A DNA stretch of 51,569 nt, from the NCBI GenBank assembly GCA_937872405.1, contig CALMSP010000112.1, positions 1-51,569 of the forward strand. Direction: 5' to 3'. The position numbers and the translations under genes were made by a program. A model generated the notes under the pieces. That model saw only the letters and a program-made list of their open reading frames with translations, was not told the origin of the DNA and did not search any database. Positions within the stretch are counted from its first letter, which is position 1, and every line of letters begins with the position of its first letter. This stretch comes from an uncultured Saprospiraceae bacterium (GTDB lineage: Bacteria > Bacteroidota > Bacteroidia > Chitinophagales > Saprospiraceae). Below are positions 39,102-47,893 of this stretch, in pieces.

Positions 39102-39992
39102 ATGATACGAACAATTGACCCCGGCGCCATTAAACCCGCCGATTTGCACCAGTACTTGCTTGGTGCAGTGGCACCCCGACCAATCGCCTTCGCCAGCACT
39201 GTGGATGCTACCGGTGTGCCCAACTTGGCGCCCTATAGTTTTTTTAATTGTTTTAGCTCTAATCCGCCCATTTTGGTGTTCTCTTCCAATCGGCGAGTAA
39301 CCGATAATACTACAAAAGACACCCTACATAACATCTTGGAAACCAAGGAAGTCGTTATTAATGTGGTTACTTATAACATTGTAAGACAGGCGGCCTTGAC
39401 CAGTGTAGAGTACCCAAGGGAGGTGAGTGAATTTGAAAAAGCAGGTCTTACCCCTATCCCTTCTGACTTGGTTAAGCCCTACCGCGTAAAGGAATCGCCG
39501 GTGCAAATGGAGTGCCAAGTACAGGATGTGATACCTTTAGGCGACAAGGGCGGCGCAGGGTATCTCATCATCTGTCGGGTGGTGCGGCTGCACGTTGATG
39601 AGGCCATTTTGGACGAAAACGGGCGGATTGATCCGCAGCGCATTGATCTCATGGGGCGCATGGGGCGAGCCTACTACACACGAGCCAGTGGGGAATCTAT
39701 TTATACCATTGTACAGCCTTATAATCAAATCGGGATGGGGTTTGACCAACTGCCTCCGAGCATCCGCCACAGCACGGTGCTTACTGGCAATGAACTGGCG
39801 CAACTGGCGGCACAGAGCGCTCCGCCTGAATCCGACAAGGTGCTGGCACTACAGAAGGAATCGAATATTCAGGCCTTGCTACAAACCGACAATCCTTTGG
39901 AACACCTGCACGGGATGGTGCAGCGCGAGCTAGCGAAAGAAAATTTGGAGCGGGCAGCGCACCTTGCTTGGTTGGGTGATTACTTGTTGTAG
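39102..39992 (+). CDS. flavin reductase family protein (FMN-binding split-barrel) with C-terminal extension
   Basis: I moved the start to the ATG at 39102 (MIRTIDPGAIKPADLHQYLLGAVAPRPIAFAST). Segments NLAPYSFFN and KDTLHNI...EVVINVV are typical of the flavin reductase-like domain. Confidence 0.8.
   Translation: MIRTIDPGAIKPADLHQYLLGAVAPRPIAFASTVDATGVPNLAPYSFFNCFSSNPPILVFSSNRRVTDNTTKDTLHNILETKEVVINVVTYNIVRQAALTSVEYPREVSEFEKAGLTPIPSDLVKPYRVKESPVQMECQVQDVIPLGDKGGAGYLIICRVVRLHVDEAILDENGRIDPQRIDLMGRMGRAYYTRASGESIYTIVQPYNQIGMGFDQLPPSIRHSTVLTGNELAQLAAQSAPPESDKVLALQKESNIQALLQTDNPLEHLHGMVQRELAKENLERAAHLAWLGDYLL
39940..39979 (+). repeat. direct repeat copy A (40 bp), inside the 3' end of the flavin reductase CDS
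   Basis: AAAATTTGGAGCGGGCAGCGCACCTTGCTTGGTTGGGTGA. It matches 45654..45693 at 38 of 40 positions. Confidence 0.9.
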
Positions 39993-40187
39993 TTATCGGA
40001 CAATTTAGAGCATGTTTAAATTTCATACTTTGGTCTGCAAATGTTCATCTATGGAACCTCACTTTGCCTTTTTCTCGCTCCGTAGCGCTGCTATGCAGCT
40101 CAAAAAACGCTTCGTGAGAACCCAAATCTGATCATTTTCGACTTCAAAAACGAATTTTAAACATACTCTTAGAATTGTCCGATAACT
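39991..40187. mobile_element. MITE-like element: 197 bp bounded by imperfect terminal inverted repeats of about 35 bp
   Basis: The left arm is AGTTATCGGACAATTTAGAGCATGTTTAAATTTC. The reverse complement of the right arm is AGTTATCGGACAATTCTAAGAGTATGTTTAAAATTCG. The first 15 nt are identical and about 31 positions match in total. There is no ORF inside. Confidence 0.4.
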
Positions 40188-40198
40188 TTGGAGAAAAT

Positions 40199-42598
40199 TT
40201 ATTGCACCAGCACTTTTTTCGCATACACGCGCTCGCCCGAACGCACTTGCAGCAGGTACATGCCTTTGGGTAAAGCGCTCAAATCCAGATCGGTCTGCTG
40301 CACGGCACTTTTCAGATTCGCATGGCGCAGTGTCTTGCCAGTCAGGTCGTTGAGTTGATAGGATTCTATGCGATCATCACCTGCCAGTGTCACGCGCAGT
40401 TGGCTGCTCGTTGGATTGGGGAAAACGGATAGCAATGTCGCATCGCCAACTTCCCTTGTGCTGGTAGCGGTGCCAAAATAAACCGATGCAAACACACTGG
40501 ACTTAATGTCTTCATCGCAAGGCGAATACATGAAAATTTCCAGATTTGGATATGCCAACGGGCTAATCATGGATAGCTGACGAACTTCCAATACTAAATC
40601 TTGCACACAGCTATTGGCGGGTACCGTAAAGGTTTGTCCCAGATCATTGCCATTCAAGGGTACACCTGCTGCCGTCACCACTGCGCCATTGAGATTAGAT
40701 TGCGCATTGAGTTTTAGATTATAGGTCCGCGCTTCGTTCGATTCATTGCACAAATCCAGTTTAAAAGTAGCGGAACTCCCCACTGGAATGCCTTGCTTGA
40801 TAAGCGTATCCGTCGTTTCACCGTCGTGCTTAAGTTTAGGCTGGTCGCGCTGGTAGCCGCCTTCGTAAGGGCAAGAACTGATGGTACCGGATTTCAATCT
40901 GAAAGCAGGTGTGCCGTACATAGGGTCGCGTACAACATCCACATTGAATTTGTCGCCCGCATCATCATCGCGGAAGGTGTAACGCACATTTTTGGCAGCC
41001 GTGCCACTTTGCGCGGTGGTTTGACCAAAGCGTTTCTGGGTTTTGTATTCATACCCGCCCGAAAAACCCGAACCGCCGACGTTGACCACTGTTTGCAAAC
41101 CAAATGCTCCGTCAATGTAAGTCTCGGTCGTAATGGTTCTGGTATCGGTAATTTCGATGGAAGATTCCCGCGAGATCGGACCCGCACCGCCGCTGAAGGA
41201 AATGTTTTCAAACAAGGCTGGCGCATTCAAATCATTCTTGTTGGCTTCATTGAGTTGCAATATTTGTTTCCAGGCGTCAATTTGATTCTGAGCATCGTTG
41301 ATGGTTTTAATTTTTGCACGGTCGGTAGGACTAACGCCAACCGAATCTGCTACAATGCGCTGTAAAGCTGCTATATCCGCTTCAATTCCTTCTTTGGTAT
41401 AAACAAACTGCCGCACCGATCCTGGAATCGGCGCATACAACAAAGCCGAATCAATACGGGTCTGACAACGATTGGTATCCACCACAATAGTGCGGTAAAC
41501 GCCATAGTTCATATCCATGCCATAACCAATGAATACATCCGAGCCGTTTGGCGCATCAGAAGTCGAGAAGCCCCTAGTGATGGTGACGCAGGTTTGTTTG
41601 GTGTTACTTTGGATTTGAACATTGCCGGTGCCGCCGCTGCCTCTGATTTCGGCGTAGATTTCATAATCAACAGTAGCTACTAACCCGATAGAGCCTTTTA
41701 CGCCCAGTTTTACATTGGCATTGAAAGAGTTGGATTCATCCGTTGCAACGTTTGTTTCCAGACTGCGGCAGGTGGTCTCTGTGGTTTGAAATTCGGTGAA
41801 GCTACCGTCGCCCGGAGGGTCGTGCAATACCAGATATGGCAATTGTGGATCCGTAACTGTGCCGAGTATCGGTACTTCCTCCGGAATGATGCCTTCTACG
41901 ACAAAGGGGAGTACGAGGTTATAATATTTTTTGGGCGGATCTCTTTGATCCCGACAATTTCGGACACAATATTCATCGAGTGCAAGGTACACCCAAGCCT
42001 GTTCTGCTGGGCGCGAGAAAGTAACCCTGATTTGTTGGGTAGATTTTAAGGGTTGAAATGAAGCATCATTACTAGATTCCTCGACTTGTCCTATCTCGAA
42101 TAAGCGTGAAAAGCGCAAATCGAAATCTGAAACCTCCGTATAGTTTCCATTCCTATACTCACCCAGACCATAATTCGCAATATTATCATCAGTTGGTGTT
42201 CTTGCAAATAATCGATATTCACCAAAAATGTAATTGGTATCTCTCGAAAACGTTTCAATGGTAATGGTAACTTGTTCTCCTACCTTTGCTTTAAAATATC
42301 GCTCGCGTGGTATCCGCTCAAAAGCTCTTTGCAGTAAGCGATTCAGGGGCGGATAGTTATTAACATATGGATTGAACCACCGCAGCAGCGCCCGTACTTC
42401 GTCAAAGCCTTGTTGTCCTTCCTCCTCCAAGTAAACTAAGGGCGTTTCACAAATTTTACCTCGGTTGCTGGAAATGGTGATTTTGACGCCTCTCGGCGTT
42501 CGGATTTCCGAGGCTTGCGCGTAGGTTTCCTGCAAGCATAGCAGCCAAGTGGCTGCGAGTAGGCATACAAGTCCAAAAAAATTGTATTTGTTTTTCAT
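40199..42598 (-). CDS. T9SS-sorted secreted protein of unknown function
   Basis: 799 aa with a signal peptide (LLAATWLLCLQETYAQA). The C-terminal ~80 aa look like a type A Por/T9SS sorting domain (LSVFPNPTSSQLRVTL...LNDLTGKTL...LPKGMYLLQVRSGERVYAKKVLVQ). The central part has no recognisable family. Confidence 0.8.
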   Translation of the reverse strand: MKNKYNFFGLVCLLAATWLLCLQETYAQASEIRTPRGVKITISSNRGKICETPLVYLEEEGQQGFDEVRALLRWFNPYVNNYPPLNRLLQRAFERIPRERYFKAKVGEQVTITIETFSRDTNYIFGEYRLFARTPTDDNIANYGLGEYRNGNYTEVSDFDLRFSRLFEIGQVEESSNDASFQPLKSTQQIRVTFSRPAEQAWVYLALDEYCVRNCRDQRDPPKKYYNLVLPFVVEGIIPEEVPILGTVTDPQLPYLVLHDPPGDGSFTEFQTTETTCRSLETNVATDESNSFNANVKLGVKGSIGLVATVDYEIYAEIRGSGGTGNVQIQSNTKQTCVTITRGFSTSDAPNGSDVFIGYGMDMNYGVYRTIVVDTNRCQTRIDSALLYAPIPGSVRQFVYTKEGIEADIAALQRIVADSVGVSPTDRAKIKTINDAQNQIDAWKQILQLNEANKNDLNAPALFENISFSGGAGPISRESSIEITDTRTITTETYIDGAFGLQTVVNVGGSGFSGGYEYKTQKRFGQTTAQSGTAAKNVRYTFRDDDAGDKFNVDVVRDPMYGTPAFRLKSGTISSCPYEGGYQRDQPKLKHDGETTDTLIKQGIPVGSSATFKLDLCNESNEARTYNLKLNAQSNLNGAVVTAAGVPLNGNDLGQTFTVPANSCVQDLVLEVRQLSMISPLAYPNLEIFMYSPCDEDIKSSVFASVYFGTATSTREVGDATLLSVFPNPTSSQLRVTLAGDDRIESYQLNDLTGKTLRHANLKSAVQQTDLDLSALPKGMYLLQVRSGERVYAKKVLVQ

Positions 42599-42715
42599 AA
42601 TGTAGTGTTAGTTAAATGATGATGCTATAAAAAAGCAGCAAAACTGCACTGCAACCAAGCCAATGAGGACGAATGGGTGGTTTTCTTGAGCGAAGGCGGG
42701 GGATTTTTGATCGGC

Positions 42716-42771
42716 GTATCGGCGAGCTTTAGTCGCCGCCCACTACTACGGCGGCTAAAGCCCGCCGATAC
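42716..42771. repeat. long GC-rich imperfect palindrome (about 21-bp stem, 9-nt loop)
   Basis: GTATCGGCGAGCTTTAGTCGCCGCC / loop CACTACTAC / GGCGGCTAAAGCCCGCCGATAC, with one mismatch and a 3-nt bulge. It starts 3 nt after the response regulator stop. No U tract follows on either strand. Confidence 0.7.
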
Positions 42772-42773
42772 AA

Positions 42774-43520
42774 TCAAATCGTCTGGATCCTTTTCAACAG
42801 CTCTTCCCGTAGCGACTTGCTCAGTGGAATTGCCTTGCGGGCAATGATGACGTGGCTTTCAGCAACTTCGTCTATTTGTGCCAGGTTGACAATGAAAGAG
42901 CGGTGTACCCGAATGAAGTGTTGTGCCGGCAATTTTTCTTCCATGATTTTAAGGGTGATGGCAAGCAGGTATTCTTTGTTTTTGGTGAAAATGCGGCAGT
43001 AGTTACGATCGGCTTCGATGTATAAAATATCTTCCAGAAAAATCTTGACCATCGAGTCTTTGTGGCGCACAAAAATCCGATCGTTCAGAATGAACGAAGC
43101 CACTTCTGAATGTACTTCCGCTGTTTCAAGTATTTGATGACCAGCCATTCGGCTAATGATGAGTTCAATGGCCCGTTGCAAATCCAGTTTTTTAAAAGGC
43201 TTAGAAATGAAAGCGTAAGGTTTAGCGGCTTTAGCGCGATTGAAGGTCGCATCGTCGGCATTGGCAGTCAAAAAAATGATCGGCAATTCGCGCTCTTTTT
43301 GCAGTGCCTGTGACAGTTCCACGCCATCCATGTGTCCTTTCAGGTGAATGTCAAGCAGCGCAATATCCGGTGCATTTTCGGTTGCATGCACAAGCGCGTC
43401 TTCAGCACGAGCAAGAATGCCGGTCACTTCATACCCCAACTCGGTAAGCAAGGTAGATATTTTAGCTGCAATAAGCATTTCATCTTCTACAATCAAAATT
43501 TTTACGTTGTGTTCCATCAC
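42774..43520 (-). CDS. LytTR-family response regulator
   Basis: REC domain (KILIVEDEMLIA...DIALLDIHLKGHMDG...IIFLTA) plus a LytTR DNA-binding domain (ILYIEADRNYCRIFT...FIRVHRSFIVNL). It overlaps the kinase gene by 4 nt. Confidence 0.9.
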   Translation of the reverse strand: MMEHNVKILIVEDEMLIAAKISTLLTELGYEVTGILARAEDALVHATENAPDIALLDIHLKGHMDGVELSQALQKERELPIIFLTANADDATFNRAKAAKPYAFISKPFKKLDLQRAIELIISRMAGHQILETAEVHSEVASFILNDRIFVRHKDSMVKIFLEDILYIEADRNYCRIFTKNKEYLLAITLKIMEEKLPAQHFIRVHRSFIVNLAQIDEVAESHVIIARKAIPLSKSLREELLKRIQTI

Positions 43521-45439
43521 GCCACGCTGCTTTTCCTAAATTCTAATCGTACGATGGTTCCGTTTTTCACTTCTTCCTGTAGGGTGCCGCCGAGTTGTTG
43601 GGTTAATAGAGCGATTAATTGCGAGCCAAATCCGGTGCCTTTTGTTTGTGTCATTTTTCCAATACCATTATCCGCGACTTCCAGGCGCAGGTAGTTATTG
43701 CCAGTGGATTCCAACTGAATTTTCACTTTGCCACTTCGCCCATTCGGGAACGCATATTTCAGCGCATTGGTCAATAACTCATTCACAATCAAGCCAATCG
43801 GCACAGCCGTGTCCACGTCCAATTCCAGTTTGTCCATAATACATTCAATCTGAATCCGATCTTCCGCATTAAAGGTATCCAGAATGCCTTCGCTCAAGTT
43901 GATAAAATAATCTTTCATTTCAATACTCGACAAATTATCGCCCTGATACAATTTTTGATGCACAATGCCAATGGATTGCACCCGATTCTGACCTTCTTCC
44001 ATCACCGCGCGCGCGCTGGGGTCGTCCACTTGCCGAGATTGTAAGAGCAATAAGCTCGACACCATTTCCAGGTTATTTTTTACCCGATGGTGTATTTCCT
44101 TGAGCAGGATTTCATTTTGCAGGTTGCGGCGGTCAAGTTGCACGTTGGTTTGCGCCAGTTCTTCATTCAACGACTGGAGTTGTAGGCTACGATAGTGGTT
44201 ATTGCGATAGGTTAAAAATAATCCGGCGAGTAACAGCGCGAGCAAACCCGCTATCCCCAGGCTGAACCATTGGATTGTTTGCTGTTGTCGCAGACGGAAC
44301 TGTTGCTGCTGAATGGTTTCCTCTTTCTCATCGGCTTGGTATTTGTCGCGCAATTCCGTGCGGATAGCAGCCAACTTGTTTTCATATATCCTTTTTTGCA
44401 AATCCATTGCCTGTACCGTTTGTTGATAGGCTTCCACAGGATTGCCAGTTTGAGCGTAACAATCGGCGAGTTTCAGGCGCGCTCCGATGATGGTTTCTTC
44501 ATTGCCCTGCGCCTGCTCATACTTGATGTGCTTTAAAAAGCTGGAAATGGCAGCAGCATAGTCTTTTTTCAAATAGGCAATGTTGGCAATATCTTCATGA
44601 AAGGGTCCTTCTTCCGCATCTTTTCTATGATAAGATGTATCCAACTGCAGGATGGTTTCGTGGTCGGTGATTGCCAGTTCATAACGTTGGAGCGCCGTGT
44701 ACGCCAGCGCACGTTGGTAATAAATGTAAATTTTATTATGCAGATCGTCTTCAATCAAGCCTTTTTTTCGAGCATCCAGCAGCAGATTGGCTTGTTCAAT
44801 AGCCTTCAAAGGCTGCCCCGCTTCATTATACGCCGTCATCAGGCACAGCAAGGGATTCATTTGGGCTTCCAGACTACTGCCGTTTTCACGGTGCATTTTT
44901 ACTGCCAGTTCTCCATAGCGAATCGCCTCTTTAAAATCCGATACATTCCGGGCGAAATCACATAGGCTCCGATAGCAATTGGCAATACCTGCCTGATTTC
45001 CCAAAGCTTTATAAATCGCAACCGCTTTCATGAGTTGTGTCTCGCCTTCTTTATATTTACCTAAATCTTTTAAAAAGGTACCATAATTAACATAAGCAAC
45101 CGCAATATTTTCTTTATCTTGGGTTAAAATGTTATAATGTAATCCTTGCTTTTCATGATACAAAATAGAATCTTTATTGCGATAAGTAGCCCCGTAATGC
45201 CACATGGAAAGCAAGGCATGGCAGTTGGCGATGGCAGCGTTGTCTTTTTCCTGCAATGCCTTGCGCAAGGCAAGGTGCGCATCGTAATAAAAATGATCTG
45301 TTACCGCAAAATTATCAGAAAGCCAAGACACCAGCGAGTCGAGCGGCAAATCTTTTAAAGCACGCTGCTGCGCAGTAGTGAAAAAAGGTATCCATAAAAA
45401 ACAAATTAGGAGAATAACAACAGAGACATTAGGTTTCAT
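43517..45439 (-). CDS. sensor histidine kinase with N-terminal TPR sensor region (HisKA_2 type)
   Basis: 640 aa: signal/anchor, about 330 aa of TPR-like repeats, a TM helix (WFSLGIAGLLALLLAGLFLTY), a coiled coil, an H-box EIHHRVKNNLEMVSSLLLLQ, and an ATPase domain (NELLTNALKYAF...LEVADNGIG...GFGSQLI). Confidence 0.9.
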   Translation of the reverse strand: MKPNVSVVILLICFLWIPFFTTAQQRALKDLPLDSLVSWLSDNFAVTDHFYYDAHLALRKALQEKDNAAIANCHALLSMWHYGATYRNKDSILYHEKQGLHYNILTQDKENIAVAYVNYGTFLKDLGKYKEGETQLMKAVAIYKALGNQAGIANCYRSLCDFARNVSDFKEAIRYGELAVKMHRENGSSLEAQMNPLLCLMTAYNEAGQPLKAIEQANLLLDARKKGLIEDDLHNKIYIYYQRALAYTALQRYELAITDHETILQLDTSYHRKDAEEGPFHEDIANIAYLKKDYAAAISSFLKHIKYEQAQGNEETIIGARLKLADCYAQTGNPVEAYQQTVQAMDLQKRIYENKLAAIRTELRDKYQADEKEETIQQQQFRLRQQQTIQWFSLGIAGLLALLLAGLFLTYRNNHYRSLQLQSLNEELAQTNVQLDRRNLQNEILLKEIHHRVKNNLEMVSSLLLLQSRQVDDPSARAVMEEGQNRVQSIGIVHQKLYQGDNLSSIEMKDYFINLSEGILDTFNAEDRIQIECIMDKLELDVDTAVPIGLIVNELLTNALKYAFPNGRSGKVKIQLESTGNNYLRLEVADNGIGKMTQTKGTGFGSQLIALLTQQLGGTLQEEVKNGTIVRLEFRKSSVA

Positions 45440-45653
45440 GTGTTTGGATTAACCGTTTTCTCAACGCTTTGCATGGCAAGGTAAATTTATCTACCCTACC
45501 CAACTAAGAATTGAAATATAAGAAGAAACGGGGAAAAAAGAATTTTGTAGCAATCAAACTCAAAAAATCCTTGTCTCAAGGAAGCAGTATTTCCCTGTGG
45601 AAATTTAGGAAAATATTTGTAAAAATACAAATAGTAAGGAATCAGATGTGCCA

Positions 45654-45693
45654 AAAATTTGGTGCGGGCAGCGCACTTTGCTTGGTTGGGTGA
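45654..45693 (+). repeat. direct repeat copy B (40 bp), intergenic
   Basis: AAAATTTGGTGCGGGCAGCGCACTTTGCTTGGTTGGGTGA. In the register of copy A it reads KNLVRAAHFAWLGETLQL-stop (stop at 45707-45709). It therefore looks like a displaced alternative 3' end of the flavin reductase gene. Confidence 0.85.
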
Positions 45694-45753
45694 AACCCTC
45701 CAGCTTTGAAGCTCAACAAGCACGCTGCTCGCGATAAGCACCAACATTTCATT

Positions 45754-46569
45754 TTATTGCAAACGTGCTTTTATAAATGCCTGTGCAAGTGCATTGGCCT
45801 CAGCGGCCGCCGTTGCATTGTGCTTCGGATTGCTTGGATTGGCAAAAGCATGATCCGCATCGAACTGGTGAATTTCTACTTGTTTGCCCGTAGCCTTGGC
45901 TAAGGCTGCAAATTTATCGGCTACCTCTGGGGTAATCCAACCGTCTTGCTTAGCAAAAACACCTAATACCGGCGCTTTCAGCGGAGCCAGTTCTTTCGCG
46001 TTTTGCACAGGCATGCCGTAGTACATCACGCAGGCTTTGGACTGCTCGCCCGCCAAAATGGATGCCTGCAATGACCAGCCGCCACCGAAGCACCAACCAA
46101 TGGTAGCAATCTTGGCGTCTTTGCCGATCATCGCCAATGCGCCTCTTACAATGGCTTCGCCACGCACTTGGCTCATAGCTTGCATATATTTGCCAGCCTC
46201 TTCCGGGGTGCCGGCTACCTTCCCATCGTACATATCAAGCGCCAGCACCGCCACGCCATCGAGCGCATCGAAAAGTTGTTCGGCTTCTTGTTTGATGTGA
46301 TCATTCAATCCCCACCATTCCTGAATAACAAAAAGGTAACGGTCGGTTGCATGTTCAGGTATAAGTGCATAGGCGCTGCCTGACTGCCCATCGGGTGTAT
46401 CGAATTGAACCATTTCACCCTTGGGTTGGAATGCGGTCGCCTCCGGTGTGTGGTGCGCCGCCTGAAATTGCGCATCATCAGCAAATTGAGACATATCGGC
46501 GCTTTTTTTACTACCGCAAGCAGACAGCAGCATGACCGCTATGGCCACTACGAAAAGTTTTGTGTGCAT
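45754..46569 (-). CDS. dienelactone hydrolase family lipoprotein
   Basis: I moved the start to the Met at 46569 (MHTKLFVVAIAVMLLSACGS lipobox). It has the nucleophile elbow IGWCFGGGWS (GxCxG) and a C-terminal DADHAFANP. Confidence 0.85.
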   Translation of the reverse strand: MHTKLFVVAIAVMLLSACGSKKSADMSQFADDAQFQAAHHTPEATAFQPKGEMVQFDTPDGQSGSAYALIPEHATDRYLFVIQEWWGLNDHIKQEAEQLFDALDGVAVLALDMYDGKVAGTPEEAGKYMQAMSQVRGEAIVRGALAMIGKDAKIATIGWCFGGGWSLQASILAGEQSKACVMYYGMPVQNAKELAPLKAPVLGVFAKQDGWITPEVADKFAALAKATGKQVEIHQFDADHAFANPSNPKHNATAAAEANALAQAFIKARLQ

Positions 46570-46801
46570 TGTGATGTAGGTTTTTGAATGGTTCGAATGT
46601 ATGTGCATCAGTGGATTGAAATATTATTAAGCCCCTTATAACTTGCTGAAAATAAACAATCGGAGCAACATGTTGATTCAAACAACAGCTACTACTTATT
46701 CTAAAATAAAAAAAGTGGGGTAGAGTTCATAATTTTGGAATAAATAAGCGACTGTTTATGCACATCCCATTACCCGATCACCCTTTTGCACCTTAAAAAC
46801 A

Positions 46802-47893
46802 TCACGATACATCATCGGCGCAAAGTTCCTCCGAAGGCTGCATCACCCTGATTTGTAGATAAAACCAACGTTGCAACTGCCCAATATGAGCGGTTTCTAT
46901 AATAGGTGTTTCAGGGATACTATCTGCTTGTTCGGCTGCGGGCGTCATCGGAATGAATTCCAACACTTGCTGGGGCATTTGACGCTGCAAGATTTCTGCG
47001 GCAGGGCTGGGCAGCAGCAGATAGTGCGTCCCACGACTTGCGGCGACAGGACTTTGCGGATAGCCGGGATTTAGTTTTTTGACAATCTGCAGCGGCAGCG
47101 CGCCCAATTCGGCTACCTCATGGCATTGCAGTGCAGTACGCATACGCAGCACGGTAATGTCCTGATTATCTGGAAGATATGGCTTCGGAGATAATCCATG
47201 CAATTCGCCAAATTGCACAACATACATAGCCGCTATTAGGGTTGGCATGTAGCGCTGCGTCTGTTGCGGCAAATAGGGTTCGACATCCCAGTAATCTCGG
47301 CTGCCTGCCTTGCGGATAGCGCGTTGTACTGTCCCGGGGCCACAGTTAAAGGCCGCTATTGCCAGCATACTGTCATCAAATCGCTTCAGCAAATCCGATA
47401 AGAATTGCGCGGCCGCTTCTGTTGATTTTACTGGATTTTGCCGCTCGTCAGTGAAATCATTAACGATTAATTGGTATTGCCGACCTGTTGCTTCCATGAA
47501 CTGCCACAGCCCAGTTGCGCCAGCCGTTGAGCGCGCTTGTGTACGCAGACGTGATTCGACAAAAGGAATGTACTTGAATTCATCAGGTAGATTGTATGCC
47601 CCAAGGAAATACTCAAATACTGGAAAATACAGCTTGGCACGCCCCAGCGTAATTTCCGTTTCTTTTCGACCCAGCTCAATTTGCTCTACTATCAGTCGCT
47701 GAATTCGCGCACGATGACGCGCAGGAAACGCAATAGGCGTCTGAAGTAAATGTTCTTGTATCAATTGTTCGGTTTGCTTTCTGGTGTGTTTCACCGGTGT
47801 AGTGTGCCGTTCGTTAGCGGATAACCATAGCGGGTAGCAACAAATGACTATAATGATCAGCCCCGCACTGATCCAGGTGGTATAGTGTTTCAT
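46802..47893 (-). CDS. lytic transglycosylase (SLT domain) with C-terminal LysM-like region
   Basis: N-terminal anchor, a catalytic motif FVESRLRTQARSTAGATGLWQFM, and AAFNCGPGTV (AYNxG-like). Confidence 0.8.
   Translation of the reverse strand: MKHYTTWISAGLIIIVICCYPLWLSANERHTTPVKHTRKQTEQLIQEHLLQTPIAFPARHRARIQRLIVEQIELGRKETEITLGRAKLYFPVFEYFLGAYNLPDEFKYIPFVESRLRTQARSTAGATGLWQFMEATGRQYQLIVNDFTDERQNPVKSTEAAAQFLSDLLKRFDDSMLAIAAFNCGPGTVQRAIRKAGSRDYWDVEPYLPQQTQRYMPTLIAAMYVVQFGELHGLSPKPYLPDNQDITVLRMRTALQCHEVAELGALPLQIVKKLNPGYPQSPVAASRGTHYLLLPSPAAEILQRQMPQQVLEFIPMTPAAEQADSIPETPIIETAHIGQLQRWFYLQIRVMQPSEELCADDVS

Noticed and set aside
45496-45747. Small ORFs (83 aa on the minus strand, 60 aa on the plus strand) in the spacer between the kinase and dienelactone hydrolase genes
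   Set aside because: They overlap each other on opposite strands in an AT-rich spacer and have odd lysine-rich composition. The plus-strand ORF merely runs into direct-repeat copy B in the wrong register. This is better explained as non-coding DNA plus a relic gene end.
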